Shown one piece after another: positions 12,729 through 22,453 of a stretch of DNA of 64,000 nucleotides. This DNA comes from Opitutales bacterium. GTDB taxonomy: Bacteria; Verrucomicrobiota; Verrucomicrobiia; Opitutales; UBA953. The stretch spans positions 21,855 through 85,854 of the forward strand of contig JBBAUX010000003.1 in assembly GCA_040398005.1 (NCBI GenBank), in the 5' to 3' direction. Every line of letters begins with the position of its first letter. Within the stretch, counting starts at the first letter, position 1. Under the pieces are notes generated by a model, which searched no databases, was not told the DNA's origin, and saw only the letters and a list, made by a program, of their open reading frames with translations. The translations under genes were made by a program, and so were the position numbers.

Positions 12729-15188
12729 ATGTTTCGGGTGTGTTTAATTTTACTTTCGTTCATTGGGGTTCATGGAATAGCCGCCCCACCAGAGTGGTCC
12801 GGCATTTATCCGAGTTTGGCTTACTTTAATCAAGAAGGGGAATGCGGCACGGGAGCGGTCGTGCCATGGGCGAATCGACTGTGGGTCATCACCTACGGCC
12901 CACACTGTCCCTACGGTTCGAGCGATAAACTTTACGAAATCACTCCGTCATTGGAATTAATTACCCGACCAGAAAGCGTGGGCGGAACTCCGGCCAACCG
13001 CATGATTCACGAAGAATCTAAACAACTGATCATCGGTCCGTATTTTATTGATGCAGCGCGTAATGTCCGTGCGATTTCACCGAAACTCATGCCGGGAAGA
13101 TTAACTGGAAATGCACGACATCTGACCGAGCCTGCTCACAAAATTTATTTTGCGACGATGGAAGACGGGCTCTTCGAAGTGGATGTGCACACTTTAGAGG
13201 TGAAGGGTCTGATTAAAGAAATAAAAAATAAACCAAAGGCCGGACAGACCGTGGAAATAAATCCAGCTACTCTGCAATCAACCCTTCCTGGTTATCACGG
13301 CAAAGGACTCTACTCCGGCCAAGGCGTTGTCATTATTGCGAACAATGGTGAAGACACTCCTATCGCACTAAAAAATCCGAACATTGATAGCGGCGCCGTC
13401 GGTGAATGGAACGGATCAGGTAATTGGCAACTCGTTCGGCGTAATCAATTCACGGAAGTCACTGGAGCAGGAGGAATTAAAGGAAATTCAAATCCAGCAA
13501 CCGATCCGATTTGGACCATCGGCTGGGATTATCGGTCGGTCATTTTGATGGTGAAAGAAAAGGGCGAATGGAGTTCGTATCGCCTACCGAAAGCTAGCCA
13601 TACTTACGATGGTGCTCATGGATGGAATACGGAGTGGCCGCGCATTCGTGATGTAGGTGAAGCTGGCTCACGCTTGATGACCATGCACGGCATGTTCTGG
13701 AATTTCCCGGAAACATTCTCCGTTAAAAATTCAGCAGGTATTTACCCCCGTTCAACCTACCTAAAAGTTATCGGAGATTTCACACGTTGGAATGATCGAC
13801 TTGTTTTCGGATGCGATGACACCGCTAAGTCTGAATTTCTAAATAAGCGTGAAGCTAAAGGAAAACTCGCAGGCCCCGGACAGTCGCAATCCAATCTCTG
13901 GTTCACCTCACTAGATAAGCCCAATCATTTAGGACCAGTCTTAGGTCGCGGCAGCGTCTGGTTAAATGAATCAGTTAAGGCACAGGTTTTCTCTGATCCA
14001 TTTTTACTATCAGGATTCACTAAACGCGCGCTACACCTTGAACACGACGGAGTCGCACCGACGGTCTTTACAATCGAAATAGATTCCAAAGGAAATAATC
14101 AATGGTCAACCTGGAGACAAATTACCGTCCCTGCAGAAACTAAAAGCGGGTGGCTAAATATTCCTGAAACCGAACAGGGAGTTTGGCTGCGGCTTATAAC
14201 CGATCGTGATGTCGCGACACTCTCCGCAACTTTTCAGTATGCCGGTCAGGACAATCGTACCAAGGATACCGACCCGATGTTTGCTGGGTTATCTCCAGCG
14301 AAAGACGAAACCTCGAAAGGCGCATTTCTTTTAACAACGGGTAATAACCAACGCACTCTGGCGGTATTAAATGCCGAAATTAAAAACGGCCAAACAACGG
14401 TTCGTTCACTTTACGAATTAAATGCCGACATGCAATTAATCCCCGCGGATCCAGCGACCTTAGAAAAAATTAAACAAGTCACAGAAATTCCGAAAGGCAT
14501 CATTACGAGCGATGAGGCTTCGGTTATTTTTGTCGAAAACGGACAACGCTGGCGACTACCTCGCTCGTCGGAAATAAACCAAGATAAATTATTAGAACAA
14601 TCTAGCCTGCGAAAAGCACGTGAGGTTTGTACTGAACGCGATCTACTCCAAGCACACGGCACCTTTTATGAATTGCCCGCCTTGAATGCCATGGGGGCCA
14701 TACGAATAAGACCCATCGCGACCAGCGATTTAGCGATTCACGATTTTTGTTCGTATCGCGGACTCTTAGTACTTAGCGGTATCGACCCATCGATAAAAAA
14801 TAATGACTCTCATATTATTCGTTCAATGGACGGAGAAGCGGCGGTCTGGGTGGGTGCAGCAGATGATCTCTGGAAACTCGGTAAACCAAGAGGATATGGC
14901 GGACCATGGAAAAATTCGTCTGTAAAAGCGGACAAGCCTTCCGATCCTTATCTAATGACTGGCTACGATAAGAAAAAAATTAACTTACAGAATCATAGCT
15001 CAACTCCTAACGTTATCACCATGGAATGTGATGTCACTGGCGATGGACGTTTCAGTTTTTATAAATCTTTTGCGCTCGAACCTAATCAGACAATCGATGT
15101 GCAATTACCGGAGTGGCTCAATGCCTACTGGGTTAGATTCACCCCGAGTATCGATGGTAAAATGAGCGTGCAATTGACATACGATTAA
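12729..15188 (+). CDS. Large secreted protein of unknown function (819 aa)
   Basis: Signal peptide MFRVCLILLSFIGVHGIAA. I recognise no family motif. It is Trp/Gly-rich, which suggests a beta-rich fold. Confidence 0.6.
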   Translation: MFRVCLILLSFIGVHGIAAPPEWSGIYPSLAYFNQEGECGTGAVVPWANRLWVITYGPHCPYGSSDKLYEITPSLELITRPESVGGTPANRMIHEESKQLIIGPYFIDAARNVRAISPKLMPGRLTGNARHLTEPAHKIYFATMEDGLFEVDVHTLEVKGLIKEIKNKPKAGQTVEINPATLQSTLPGYHGKGLYSGQGVVIIANNGEDTPIALKNPNIDSGAVGEWNGSGNWQLVRRNQFTEVTGAGGIKGNSNPATDPIWTIGWDYRSVILMVKEKGEWSSYRLPKASHTYDGAHGWNTEWPRIRDVGEAGSRLMTMHGMFWNFPETFSVKNSAGIYPRSTYLKVIGDFTRWNDRLVFGCDDTAKSEFLNKREAKGKLAGPGQSQSNLWFTSLDKPNHLGPVLGRGSVWLNESVKAQVFSDPFLLSGFTKRALHLEHDGVAPTVFTIEIDSKGNNQWSTWRQITVPAETKSGWLNIPETEQGVWLRLITDRDVATLSATFQYAGQDNRTKDTDPMFAGLSPAKDETSKGAFLLTTGNNQRTLAVLNAEIKNGQTTVRSLYELNADMQLIPADPATLEKIKQVTEIPKGIITSDEASVIFVENGQRWRLPRSSEINQDKLLEQSSLRKAREVCTERDLLQAHGTFYELPALNAMGAIRIRPIATSDLAIHDFCSYRGLLVLSGIDPSIKNNDSHIIRSMDGEAAVWVGAADDLWKLGKPRGYGGPWKNSSVKADKPSDPYLMTGYDKKKINLQNHSSTPNVITMECDVTGDGRFSFYKSFALEPNQTIDVQLPEWLNAYWVRFTPSIDGKMSVQLTYD

Positions 15189-15262
15189 TAAATAAAGGGC
15201 GAAAGTATGTCCTCGCTTGCACCCCAACTTATACTCGCCAAGTTGCATCTACTGACGATTTT

Positions 15263-16339
15263 ATGAGCCAGCCGTTCGATACCATTGAAGACACTCTCGC
15301 AGATATTGCTGCGGGTAAGTTGGTTATTGTGACGGATGATGAGAATCGTGAGAACGAAGGCGACTTCGTCATGGCCGCTTCCAAGGTCACACCCGAAGCA
15401 GTCAATATGATGATTCGTCATGGCCGTGGTCTCATTTGCGTCCCGACGGTTGAACACCAACTCAAGCGCCTTGGTATTTCTCAAATGGTTCCAGAAAATC
15501 GGGAATCCCAACGTACGGCTTTTGCGATTTCAGTCGACGCCGCAGATGGTATCTCGACCGGCATCAGTGCTTATGATCGCGCGAAAACGATTTCCATTTT
15601 AGCTGATCCACATTCACAACCTGAGCACCTCGTCCAACCAGGACATATTTTTCCGCTCATGGCTCGCCCAGGTGGAGTATTACAACGCGCAGGTCACACC
15701 GAAGCCGCGGTCGATTTAGCTTCACTCGCAGGCCTGCATCCGAGCGGAGTGATTTGTGAAATTCTCAATGAAGATGGCTCGATGGCGCGCTTGCCCGAAC
15801 TGATTGAATTAAAAAAGAAATTTAACCTACGGATGATTTCAATCGCGCAGCTCATTGAGTACCGCCACCGCAGTGAAAAGTTAGTCGAGTTAATTGCGAC
15901 CAGCCCCTTTAAATCAAAATGGGGACAATTCGAACTGCGCGTTTATCGATCACTACCTGATGGCCGCCAACACCTAGCCTTCGTCCTTGGTCAGCCAAAA
16001 AATTCGCCGACGCTCGTACGCGTCCAACGTGAAAACTTATTAGGCGATTTATTTCAGGGCTTATCATTTGGTGAGGGTAATTCCCTTTCCGCTAGTTTTG
16101 CCGCGGTGGCTATGGCGGGAACGGGAGTCATCGTTCACGTCGCTCAACCCTTTGGCGGAGTGAAGGCCGACAATGAAGGCATCCGACTCCATGCAATGGA
16201 TGCGCGCGATTACGGTATTGGTGCCCAAATACTTTCGCACATTGGACTTAAGCAAATCCGTTTGATTACCAATAACCCTCGAAAAGTAGTCGGTCTGAGC
16301 GGTTATGGGCTCGAAATCGTCGAACAAGTCCCCTTTTAA
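15263..16339 (+). CDS. ribB: 3,4-dihydroxy-2-butanone-4-phosphate synthase fused to a degenerate GTP cyclohydrolase II-like domain (RibBX type)
   Basis: The N-terminal half has DHBPS motifs (DDENRENEGDFV, GRGLICVP, GHIFPL). The C-terminal half is RibA-like (ITNNPRKVVGLSGYGLEIVEQVP) but carries no Cys in the zinc-site segment VRVQRENLLGDLFQGLSFGEGNS. Confidence 0.85.
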   Translation: MSQPFDTIEDTLADIAAGKLVIVTDDENRENEGDFVMAASKVTPEAVNMMIRHGRGLICVPTVEHQLKRLGISQMVPENRESQRTAFAISVDAADGISTGISAYDRAKTISILADPHSQPEHLVQPGHIFPLMARPGGVLQRAGHTEAAVDLASLAGLHPSGVICEILNEDGSMARLPELIELKKKFNLRMISIAQLIEYRHRSEKLVELIATSPFKSKWGQFELRVYRSLPDGRQHLAFVLGQPKNSPTLVRVQRENLLGDLFQGLSFGEGNSLSASFAAVAMAGTGVIVHVAQPFGGVKADNEGIRLHAMDARDYGIGAQILSHIGLKQIRLITNNPRKVVGLSGYGLEIVEQVPF

Positions 16340-16409
16340 TTTTTCCTAAGCGTTTCCGCTTGAACGTAATAACTTAAGTTGTTGCATCAGCCTTTCGTTC
16401 TTCCTGCAC

Positions 16410-16928
16410 ATGAGCCAAGACAAACCATCATCGCCTAACATCTCAGGGGCCAAATTTGTTTTTAGCATCGTCGCAGCAAGTTATAACCAAGATTTAGTTG
16501 AGGCGTTATTACAGAAGACGATTGCCACCCTAACGCAGGCCCAAGTCGCCCCGCAAAATATTCGCGTGTTGCGCGTTCCTGGTTCGGGCGAGCTACCCTA
16601 TGTGGCACACATGACGGCGTCATCGAGTGAGTTCGACTGCGTGATTGTTCTGGGAGTCGTCATCGCTGGAGACACCCCGCACCACGAAATTATTGGGCAA
16701 TCTACAGCTATCGCCCTTCAAGAGGTCGCCATTCGCTCGGAAGTTCCCGTGATCAACGGTATTGTGGTAACCAATAATCGAACACAAGCCGAACAACGCT
16801 GTATCGGTTCCCTCGATCGCGGAACCGAGTTTGCGCAAGCGGCATTAGTGATGGCACAACATCGGCAAACCTTAGGCGAAAGACTCGATACACTCGAAGA
16901 CTTAGATGAACCCTTTGCCAAAAATTAA
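16410..16928 (+). CDS. ribH: 6,7-dimethyl-8-ribityllumazine synthase
   Basis: 172 aa with VPGSGELP, GVVIAGDTPHHEII and PVINGIV, typical of RibH. Confidence 0.9.
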   Translation: MSQDKPSSPNISGAKFVFSIVAASYNQDLVEALLQKTIATLTQAQVAPQNIRVLRVPGSGELPYVAHMTASSSEFDCVIVLGVVIAGDTPHHEIIGQSTAIALQEVAIRSEVPVINGIVVTNNRTQAEQRCIGSLDRGTEFAQAALVMAQHRQTLGERLDTLEDLDEPFAKN

Positions 16929-17409
16929 CGTGGAAAATCCTGAAGCAGAAAAAAACCCAGCGACTCCGCAAAAACGCAATCGTCGTCGCGATAGTCGTGT
17001 CGCGGCCATGCAATTTCTTTATTCCTGGGAATCACAAAGACACGGCGATTTAGTAACTGCCCTCTTTGATTTTTTCAGCGAACAAGAACAACCACGCGAC
17101 TACTACTCGTTTGCGGAAGAACTCATTCACGGCGTCATTAAAGATATCGATCTCATCGACGAAGTAGTGAAACGCTTTACGGAAAATTGGACCTTTGAAC
17201 GCATCGCTAAAGTTGATTTAGCAATTCTTCGTTTGGGTATTTTCGAGCTGATGCGTCGCACCGACATTCCGCCGATTGTGACCATCAACGAGGCGGTCGA
17301 TCTCGCTAAGAGTTTTTCGACCGATGAATCTAAGCGCTTCGTGAACGGCATTCTTGATCGCTATAAAGGTGAAATTGGCCGCGACCCACGCAAAGCAGAA
17401 GGAGCGTAA
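16906..17409 (+). CDS. nusB: Transcription antitermination factor NusB
   Basis: Conserved ribH-nusB order with a 23-nt overlap. Contains DLAILRLGIFEL, INEAVDLAK and FVNGILD motifs. Confidence 0.85.
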   Translation: MNPLPKINVENPEAEKNPATPQKRNRRRDSRVAAMQFLYSWESQRHGDLVTALFDFFSEQEQPRDYYSFAEELIHGVIKDIDLIDEVVKRFTENWTFERIAKVDLAILRLGIFELMRRTDIPPIVTINEAVDLAKSFSTDESKRFVNGILDRYKGEIGRDPRKAEGA

Positions 17410-17411
17410 AA

Positions 17412-18317
17412 ATGAGCGGTGGTTTTTTTGAAAAACTCAAAGCTGGGCTTAACCGTACCACCACCGCGTTAACTAATCTTTTTGCTCGGCCGATGGATGA
17501 ATCGTCTGTCGAGAAATTACGTGAGCTCTTGATTGCCGGAGACTTTGGTTTAACGACAACCGAAGAAGCGGTGCAAGCTGCTAAAAATGCTTGGAAGAAT
17601 AATGCGGAGTTACGCCAGGCGGGTCCGGCTGAAGCAGCTGCTCAAGTCATCGAAAATGTTTTAGAAAATTGTGGAGAGTGGAATCCGCCTTCCCAAAAGC
17701 CCGTGGTCATTATGCTTTTGGGTATCAATGGTGCGGGTAAAACAACTACCGCGGCCAAGCTGGTCGCCCGCTGGCAAAAAAAGGGTCAGCATTGTATTCT
17801 AGGTGCGTGCGATACCTTTCGAGCGGCCGCGAGCGAACAGCTAGCTTCCTGGGCAGAAAAAACCGGAGCAGAAATTGTGAGCGGTGCCGCAGGAGCTGAT
17901 CCCGCAGCGATTGCTTTTGACGCCATTAAGGCCGGCGTGGCCCGAGGTGTAGATTTTGTTATTTTAGATACGGCTGGAAGACTGCACACCAAGACACATC
18001 TTTTAGAAGAACTTAGAAAAGTTGTCCGGGTGACGGATAAAGCGCTGACTGGTGCACCGCATGAAAAATGGTTGGTGGTCGATGGTTCGCTGGGTGCAAA
18101 TTCAATCGAACAGGCTAAAGTTTTTCATGAAGCCGTGCAGTTAACGGGAATTATCGTTACCAAGCTGGATGGTTCGGCTAAAGGGGGTGCCCTCGTTGCC
18201 ATCGTGCGTGAACTGGGTATTCCCGTAAGATTTATTGGGCTGGGTGAGACCAGCGAAGATCTCGTACCGTTCGATAAAAAGGCCTATGCGCGGTCGGTCG
18301 TCGGACTGGAAGTATAG
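17412..18317 (+). CDS. ftsY: Signal recognition particle receptor FtsY (short form, NG domain only)
   Basis: Contains GINGAGKTTTAAKL, DTFRAAA, DTAGR and TKLDGSAKGG SRP-GTPase motifs. Confidence 0.9.
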   Translation: MSGGFFEKLKAGLNRTTTALTNLFARPMDESSVEKLRELLIAGDFGLTTTEEAVQAAKNAWKNNAELRQAGPAEAAAQVIENVLENCGEWNPPSQKPVVIMLLGINGAGKTTTAAKLVARWQKKGQHCILGACDTFRAAASEQLASWAEKTGAEIVSGAAGADPAAIAFDAIKAGVARGVDFVILDTAGRLHTKTHLLEELRKVVRVTDKALTGAPHEKWLVVDGSLGANSIEQAKVFHEAVQLTGIIVTKLDGSAKGGALVAIVRELGIPVRFIGLGETSEDLVPFDKKAYARSVVGLEV

Positions 18318-18358
18318 GTTGGCTTGCCAGCACCGATTCAATAACTCAGGTTTCATTC

Positions 18359-19453
18359 ATGACCGTGGAAAGTGTCCAAGTTAAACTCACTCAACATTCA
18401 TACCCTGTACGAATTGGTGCCGGTGTCTGGTCGGAAGTTCTACTCACCGCCCAAAGTCATCTTCTGAATAATAAAAAGTGTGTTGCGGTAACCTCCCCCG
18501 CCATTGCCCAGGCCCAGCCTGATTTAATTAAAAAGATTTCTGCGTTGATGCCGATGATCATCACGCAGGTGGATGGCGAAAAGGCAAAATCAGCTGATGA
18601 ATTGTTGAGGCTCTGGAACTTCTTAGCCGCCCAAGGAATCGCCCGCGATGGTACTGTTTTCGCCATCGGTGGGGGTGTCATTGGCGATTTAGCTGGATTC
18701 ACTGCAGCCACTTACCAACGGGGTATTGAATGTATCCAAGTTCCCACGACACTTTTAGCGATGGTGGATAGTTCCGTGGGTGGTAAAACGGGAATCAATT
18801 TAACGGCTGGAAAAAACTTAGTCGGCAGCTTTCACCAACCGCTAGCAGTCTATGCCGACACTTCACTATTATCTACCCTGCCCGCGCGCGAATTTGCGGC
18901 AGGGATGGCTGAAGTGATTAAGCACGGGCTGATTGCGGACAAAAAACTCTTTAGTGATCTACAGTCGCTCGCTCCGCTTACTTGGCAGAGTCCACAACTT
19001 CCCGCCGTGATTCGTCGCTGTGTAGAAATTAAAGCCTCGGTGGTCAGCGATGATGAATTCGAAACGAAAAAAGAAGGCGGACGGGCGTTACTTAATTTAG
19101 GTCACACCTTCGGTCATGCCATTGAAGCGGTGGCTGGATATGGAACTTACTTACATGGCGAAGCCGTGGCCATTGGCTTAGTCATGGCCGCACGCTTATC
19201 CGCAGAGTTGGGTCAGTGTACCTCCGACGAAGTGGTTGCCATAGAAAAAACTTTAGCAGCCTACAATCTACCTACTCAATTACGCTCTCCCCTGCCGCTT
19301 AAAGCATTAATGGCAGCGATGAAGCGGGATAAAAAAGTTCGCTCTGGAAAATTGCGTTTTATTTTAATGCAAGGCATCGGCAGCGCGAAGAGCACCGAAG
19401 AGGTTCCGGAAGATTTAGCGGCGAAAATTTTCCGCAGCGGCGGATCGATTTAA
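18359..19453 (+). CDS. aroB: 3-dehydroquinate synthase
   Basis: Contains GGGVIGDLAGF, VPTTLLAMVDSSVGGKTGINL and HTFGHAIE motifs. Confidence 0.9.
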   Translation: MTVESVQVKLTQHSYPVRIGAGVWSEVLLTAQSHLLNNKKCVAVTSPAIAQAQPDLIKKISALMPMIITQVDGEKAKSADELLRLWNFLAAQGIARDGTVFAIGGGVIGDLAGFTAATYQRGIECIQVPTTLLAMVDSSVGGKTGINLTAGKNLVGSFHQPLAVYADTSLLSTLPAREFAAGMAEVIKHGLIADKKLFSDLQSLAPLTWQSPQLPAVIRRCVEIKASVVSDDEFETKKEGGRALLNLGHTFGHAIEAVAGYGTYLHGEAVAIGLVMAARLSAELGQCTSDEVVAIEKTLAAYNLPTQLRSPLPLKALMAAMKRDKKVRSGKLRFILMQGIGSAKSTEEVPEDLAAKIFRSGGSI

Positions 19454-19680
19454 GGCTGAGGACCGACCGCTGGCTTAATGGCACGCCAGTCACCGTCTTT
19501 CAAACGCTGGTCATTCTTTTCGTTAGCCTGTTTAACTCTTTGGCCTAACTCACCTTCGCTGGACTTTTCTCCGGCTAAGACGGCGGCGGCAGGAGTTTTT
19601 TCTGCGCGGAACGACGGGTCGTTCGCTGGAATAGCACAGCCTGTTAAGAGTACTAGAGAAAGAATGGATAGTGATTTCAT
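19450..19680 (-). CDS. Small lipoprotein
   Basis: Start chosen at MKSLSILSLVLLTGC, which carries an L-L-T-G-C lipobox. The mature part is charged. It overlaps the aroB stop convergently by 4 nt. Confidence 0.5.
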   Translation of the reverse strand: MKSLSILSLVLLTGCAIPANDPSFRAEKTPAAAVLAGEKSSEGELGQRVKQANEKNDQRLKDGDWRAIKPAVGPQP

Positions 19681-19681
19681 T

Positions 19682-21631
19682 TTATTTAGTTTTAGCACGC
19701 TTCTGAGCATCGGCTTCTAACCAGGTTCGTAAAGACATTGCTTGTTTTTTCGCACGAGCTCGTGCGGATTTTAAATCATCAGCATCTTCAGTTTTGGCCG
19801 AGGTAAAGGTGTAAAACTTCACCTTCGGTTCGGTGCCTGAGGCGCGCACGGCAATACGCGATCCATCAGCTAATTCAGCCATGATAAATTCTTCGCGAGG
19901 AACCTGTTCACCCTCACTATCCATTACCTTGTCTTGATCGTAATCGGTAATCTTAGTTACTTTGCCGCCGTCGATTTCTTTAGGGGGGCTATTACGCCAT
20001 GAACTAACAATACGACGAATCGCTACGGCGCCTTCGGCACCTTCAAACGAAATATTTAGGAGATCTTCGACATGTGCACCGTTGGCTAAATGCAAGGCGT
20101 CTAAAGCATCGAGGAGCGTACGACCGCGCGAACGAAGAATGGCAGCATACTCGCAAAGCATCATGACAGCACCATTCGCATCTTTATCACGGATAGCGTC
20201 ATCACTGAGATATCCATAGCTCTCTTCAGCTCCTAAAATAAAGAAGTTCCCATTACGGAGGGCGAGCGGCGCTCGTCGATTTAGTGGTAAATTATAGTAA
20301 TCCGCGGCTCCATTTTCAGAAATTTTCTTCGACCACTTTTCTAATTTACGTCCGATCCACTTAAAGCCGACGAGGGTTTCTAGGCAGCGGACGCCATGGC
20401 GGTTGCATATTTTTTCGACCAGGGGCGTGGTCACCAGTGATTTAACGACCACGGCGGAAGGCGAACCGCTGGCGGGAATAATTCCGTTATCCTTTAAAGC
20501 GGATATTTTAAATTCGGTTAAGAGTGCGGCGACTTCATTACCTGTGAGTAAACGATAGCCCCCTTGAGCCTCGCGACAGGCGACGCCAACGCGATCAGCA
20601 TCGGGATCGGTTGCTAAAACAATATCGGCATTCAGTTCAGTCGCTAATTTTAAGGCGAGAACGTAGGCTGCAGGATTTTCTGGATTAGGTGAAGGGACGG
20701 TCGGAAAACGTCCGTCATGTTCGCGCTGTTCTTCGACGACGTGTGGATCAATACCCAGTCGGCGCAGGGCTGGAATCACCATCACATCACCGGTGCCATG
20801 GAGATTGGTGAAAACAACACTTGGTGCATGCCGACCCATGATTTCCGGGTCAATCACACCTTTTACTAGTCTGTTTAAATACGCTTCTTCGATAACTTGA
20901 GTAACTGGCTGCACGCCGCTCAAATTGATTTCTAAAAAGGGAATCACTTCGGCGACTTCGATTTTTCCAACGAAGTCAACAATCGCGGTATCGGCAGGTG
21001 GAGTCACCTGAGCGCCATCGTGCAGATAGCATTTAAATCCGTTGTCATGAGAGGGATTATGACTCGCGGTGATGACCACTCCGGCATGCGCTTCTAAATG
21101 GCGAAGCGTGAAACTTAATTGCGGGGTAGAGCGTGGACCGGAAAAAAGAAAAGCTTCGCCGCCTAATTTAATCCAAGCCGACGCGAGCAGCTCGGCAAAG
21201 TGTTTGGAAAAGTGACGGACATCATGGGCGATCACTAATCGTGGTTTTTCTTGGCTAGCGGAAACATGTTTCCATAAACCCAAGCCCGCTCTTAAAATAT
21301 TAACATCGTTTAAGCAGGCCGACCCCACGGCGGCCCGGATGGGGTGACCGCTCGAATCCATTTCATTAGAAGCACTAATACGGCCGACCGTGCGACCCCG
21401 CATTCCGCCGGTACCGAAAGCGATACCCTTGTAAAAACGATCTTCGATTTCGGCCCAGGCAGATTTTTCGATTAAATCCGTCAAACTCTCTGTAATCGAC
21501 GAAGGTAGGTTTTTGGTTTCTAGCCAGCGGGCGACATTATTGAAAGTAACTGCAGAAATTTGGCCCTCGGACTGTGCGGACTTTAAAGCCGCAATGACCG
21601 TGTTAGTAGCATTCATAATTGTCTGCATCAT
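19682..21631 (-). CDS. Phosphoglucomutase/phosphomannomutase-family phospho-sugar mutase
   Basis: Active-site loop TASHNPSHDNG, Mg-binding ATDPDADR and sugar-binding GAEESYG. The start is uncertain (ATGs at 21631, 21628 and 21616). The track start at 21697 adds an implausible Pro-rich leader. Confidence 0.85.
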   Translation of the reverse strand: MMQTIMNATNTVIAALKSAQSEGQISAVTFNNVARWLETKNLPSSITESLTDLIEKSAWAEIEDRFYKGIAFGTGGMRGRTVGRISASNEMDSSGHPIRAAVGSACLNDVNILRAGLGLWKHVSASQEKPRLVIAHDVRHFSKHFAELLASAWIKLGGEAFLFSGPRSTPQLSFTLRHLEAHAGVVITASHNPSHDNGFKCYLHDGAQVTPPADTAIVDFVGKIEVAEVIPFLEINLSGVQPVTQVIEEAYLNRLVKGVIDPEIMGRHAPSVVFTNLHGTGDVMVIPALRRLGIDPHVVEEQREHDGRFPTVPSPNPENPAAYVLALKLATELNADIVLATDPDADRVGVACREAQGGYRLLTGNEVAALLTEFKISALKDNGIIPASGSPSAVVVKSLVTTPLVEKICNRHGVRCLETLVGFKWIGRKLEKWSKKISENGAADYYNLPLNRRAPLALRNGNFFILGAEESYGYLSDDAIRDKDANGAVMMLCEYAAILRSRGRTLLDALDALHLANGAHVEDLLNISFEGAEGAVAIRRIVSSWRNSPPKEIDGGKVTKITDYDQDKVMDSEGEQVPREEFIMAELADGSRIAVRASGTEPKVKFYTFTSAKTEDADDLKSARARAKKQAMSLRTWLEADAQKRAKTK

Positions 21632-21714
21632 TGGCAGTCTTAGCATAGGCAACAAGCCAATTTGAGGGGGAGGCGGGGGTTGACACTGACCGTGCAATGT
21701 TAAGGGTTATTTAT

Positions 21715-22452
21715 ATGTCTGAAAGCCGTCCACCCAAGCGCACCAAAGCCGATCACGACCGTAATTTAGTCGTCGTAGATGAAGATTTTGCCAATGCCGA
21801 TGCCGAGGATCGCCTCTGGCTCTTCTGGGAAAGAAATCAAACGGTTATCGTTCGGTCCATCACCTCTGTCGTCGCCGGAGTTCTTGCATTCTTGGCTTTT
21901 TATTTTTGGAAAGAAGCCCAACACGAAGCCCTAGGCGAAGCCTATGTCGCCTGCCAAGATGAAACCGCGCGTCGGGCTTTTGCAACCGCTCACCCCAAAG
22001 AATCCTTAGCCGCGATTGCACTCATCGAAGTGGCGGATGAGTTGCGCCGAAAAAATAAATTAACCGAAGCCGCCAAGACTTATGATGAGGCGGCGGCCAT
22101 CGCAGCTATCGCTGGGGAAAGTCCGGCGATTCATGCGATTGCGACGAGAGCAAAACTTTTTTCCGGCCTGAGTCGTCAGGAATTAGGACAAGCCAACGCT
22201 GAAGCCATCATCACCAGTGTCGCCGAAGATAATTCCGCTCCCGAAACTTTAAAAGGTTATGCGATGTATGTTTTAGCAAATTTAGCATTAACCCGGGGTG
22301 ACAATGCGGGCGCGGCCAAGTGGATCAACCTCATGGATAAACGTCTGCAGGCCACCCACGTTTGGGCCCAAGATAAAACTTGGTTGGTGCGTTCGGAGCC
22401 TGCTTTACTGACTCCACTGAACCCCGATCCAATTCCCTCAAAAGGAAAATAA
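21715..22452 (+). CDS. Single-pass membrane protein with a TPR-like alpha-helical ectodomain (YfgM-like architecture)
   Basis: Charged N-terminus, one TM helix (ITSVVAGVLAFLAFYFW), then an Ala-rich helical repeat region. It is the first gene of a coupled six-gene string. The ATG at 21715 is preferred. Confidence 0.45.
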   Translation: MSESRPPKRTKADHDRNLVVVDEDFANADAEDRLWLFWERNQTVIVRSITSVVAGVLAFLAFYFWKEAQHEALGEAYVACQDETARRAFATAHPKESLAAIALIEVADELRRKNKLTEAAKTYDEAAAIAAIAGESPAIHAIATRAKLFSGLSRQELGQANAEAIITSVAEDNSAPETLKGYAMYVLANLALTRGDNAGAAKWINLMDKRLQATHVWAQDKTWLVRSEPALLTPLNPDPIPSKGK

Positions 22453-22453
22453 A

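Noticed and set aside
15189-15262. Possible FMN riboswitch upstream of the ribB fusion gene, and upstream of ribH at 16340-16409.
   Set aside because: The gaps are only about 70 nt and lack the conserved FMN-element boxes (for example GGAUUCCC or CCGACGG-type segments). A real FMN aptamer needs about 130 nt or more.
21680-21708. A TTGACA hexamer at 21680-21685 as a promoter for the ABC-cluster operon.
   Set aside because: No acceptable -10 hexamer lies at 16-19 nt spacing (agggtt, gggtta). It may still be a promoter, but I cannot support that from sequence alone.
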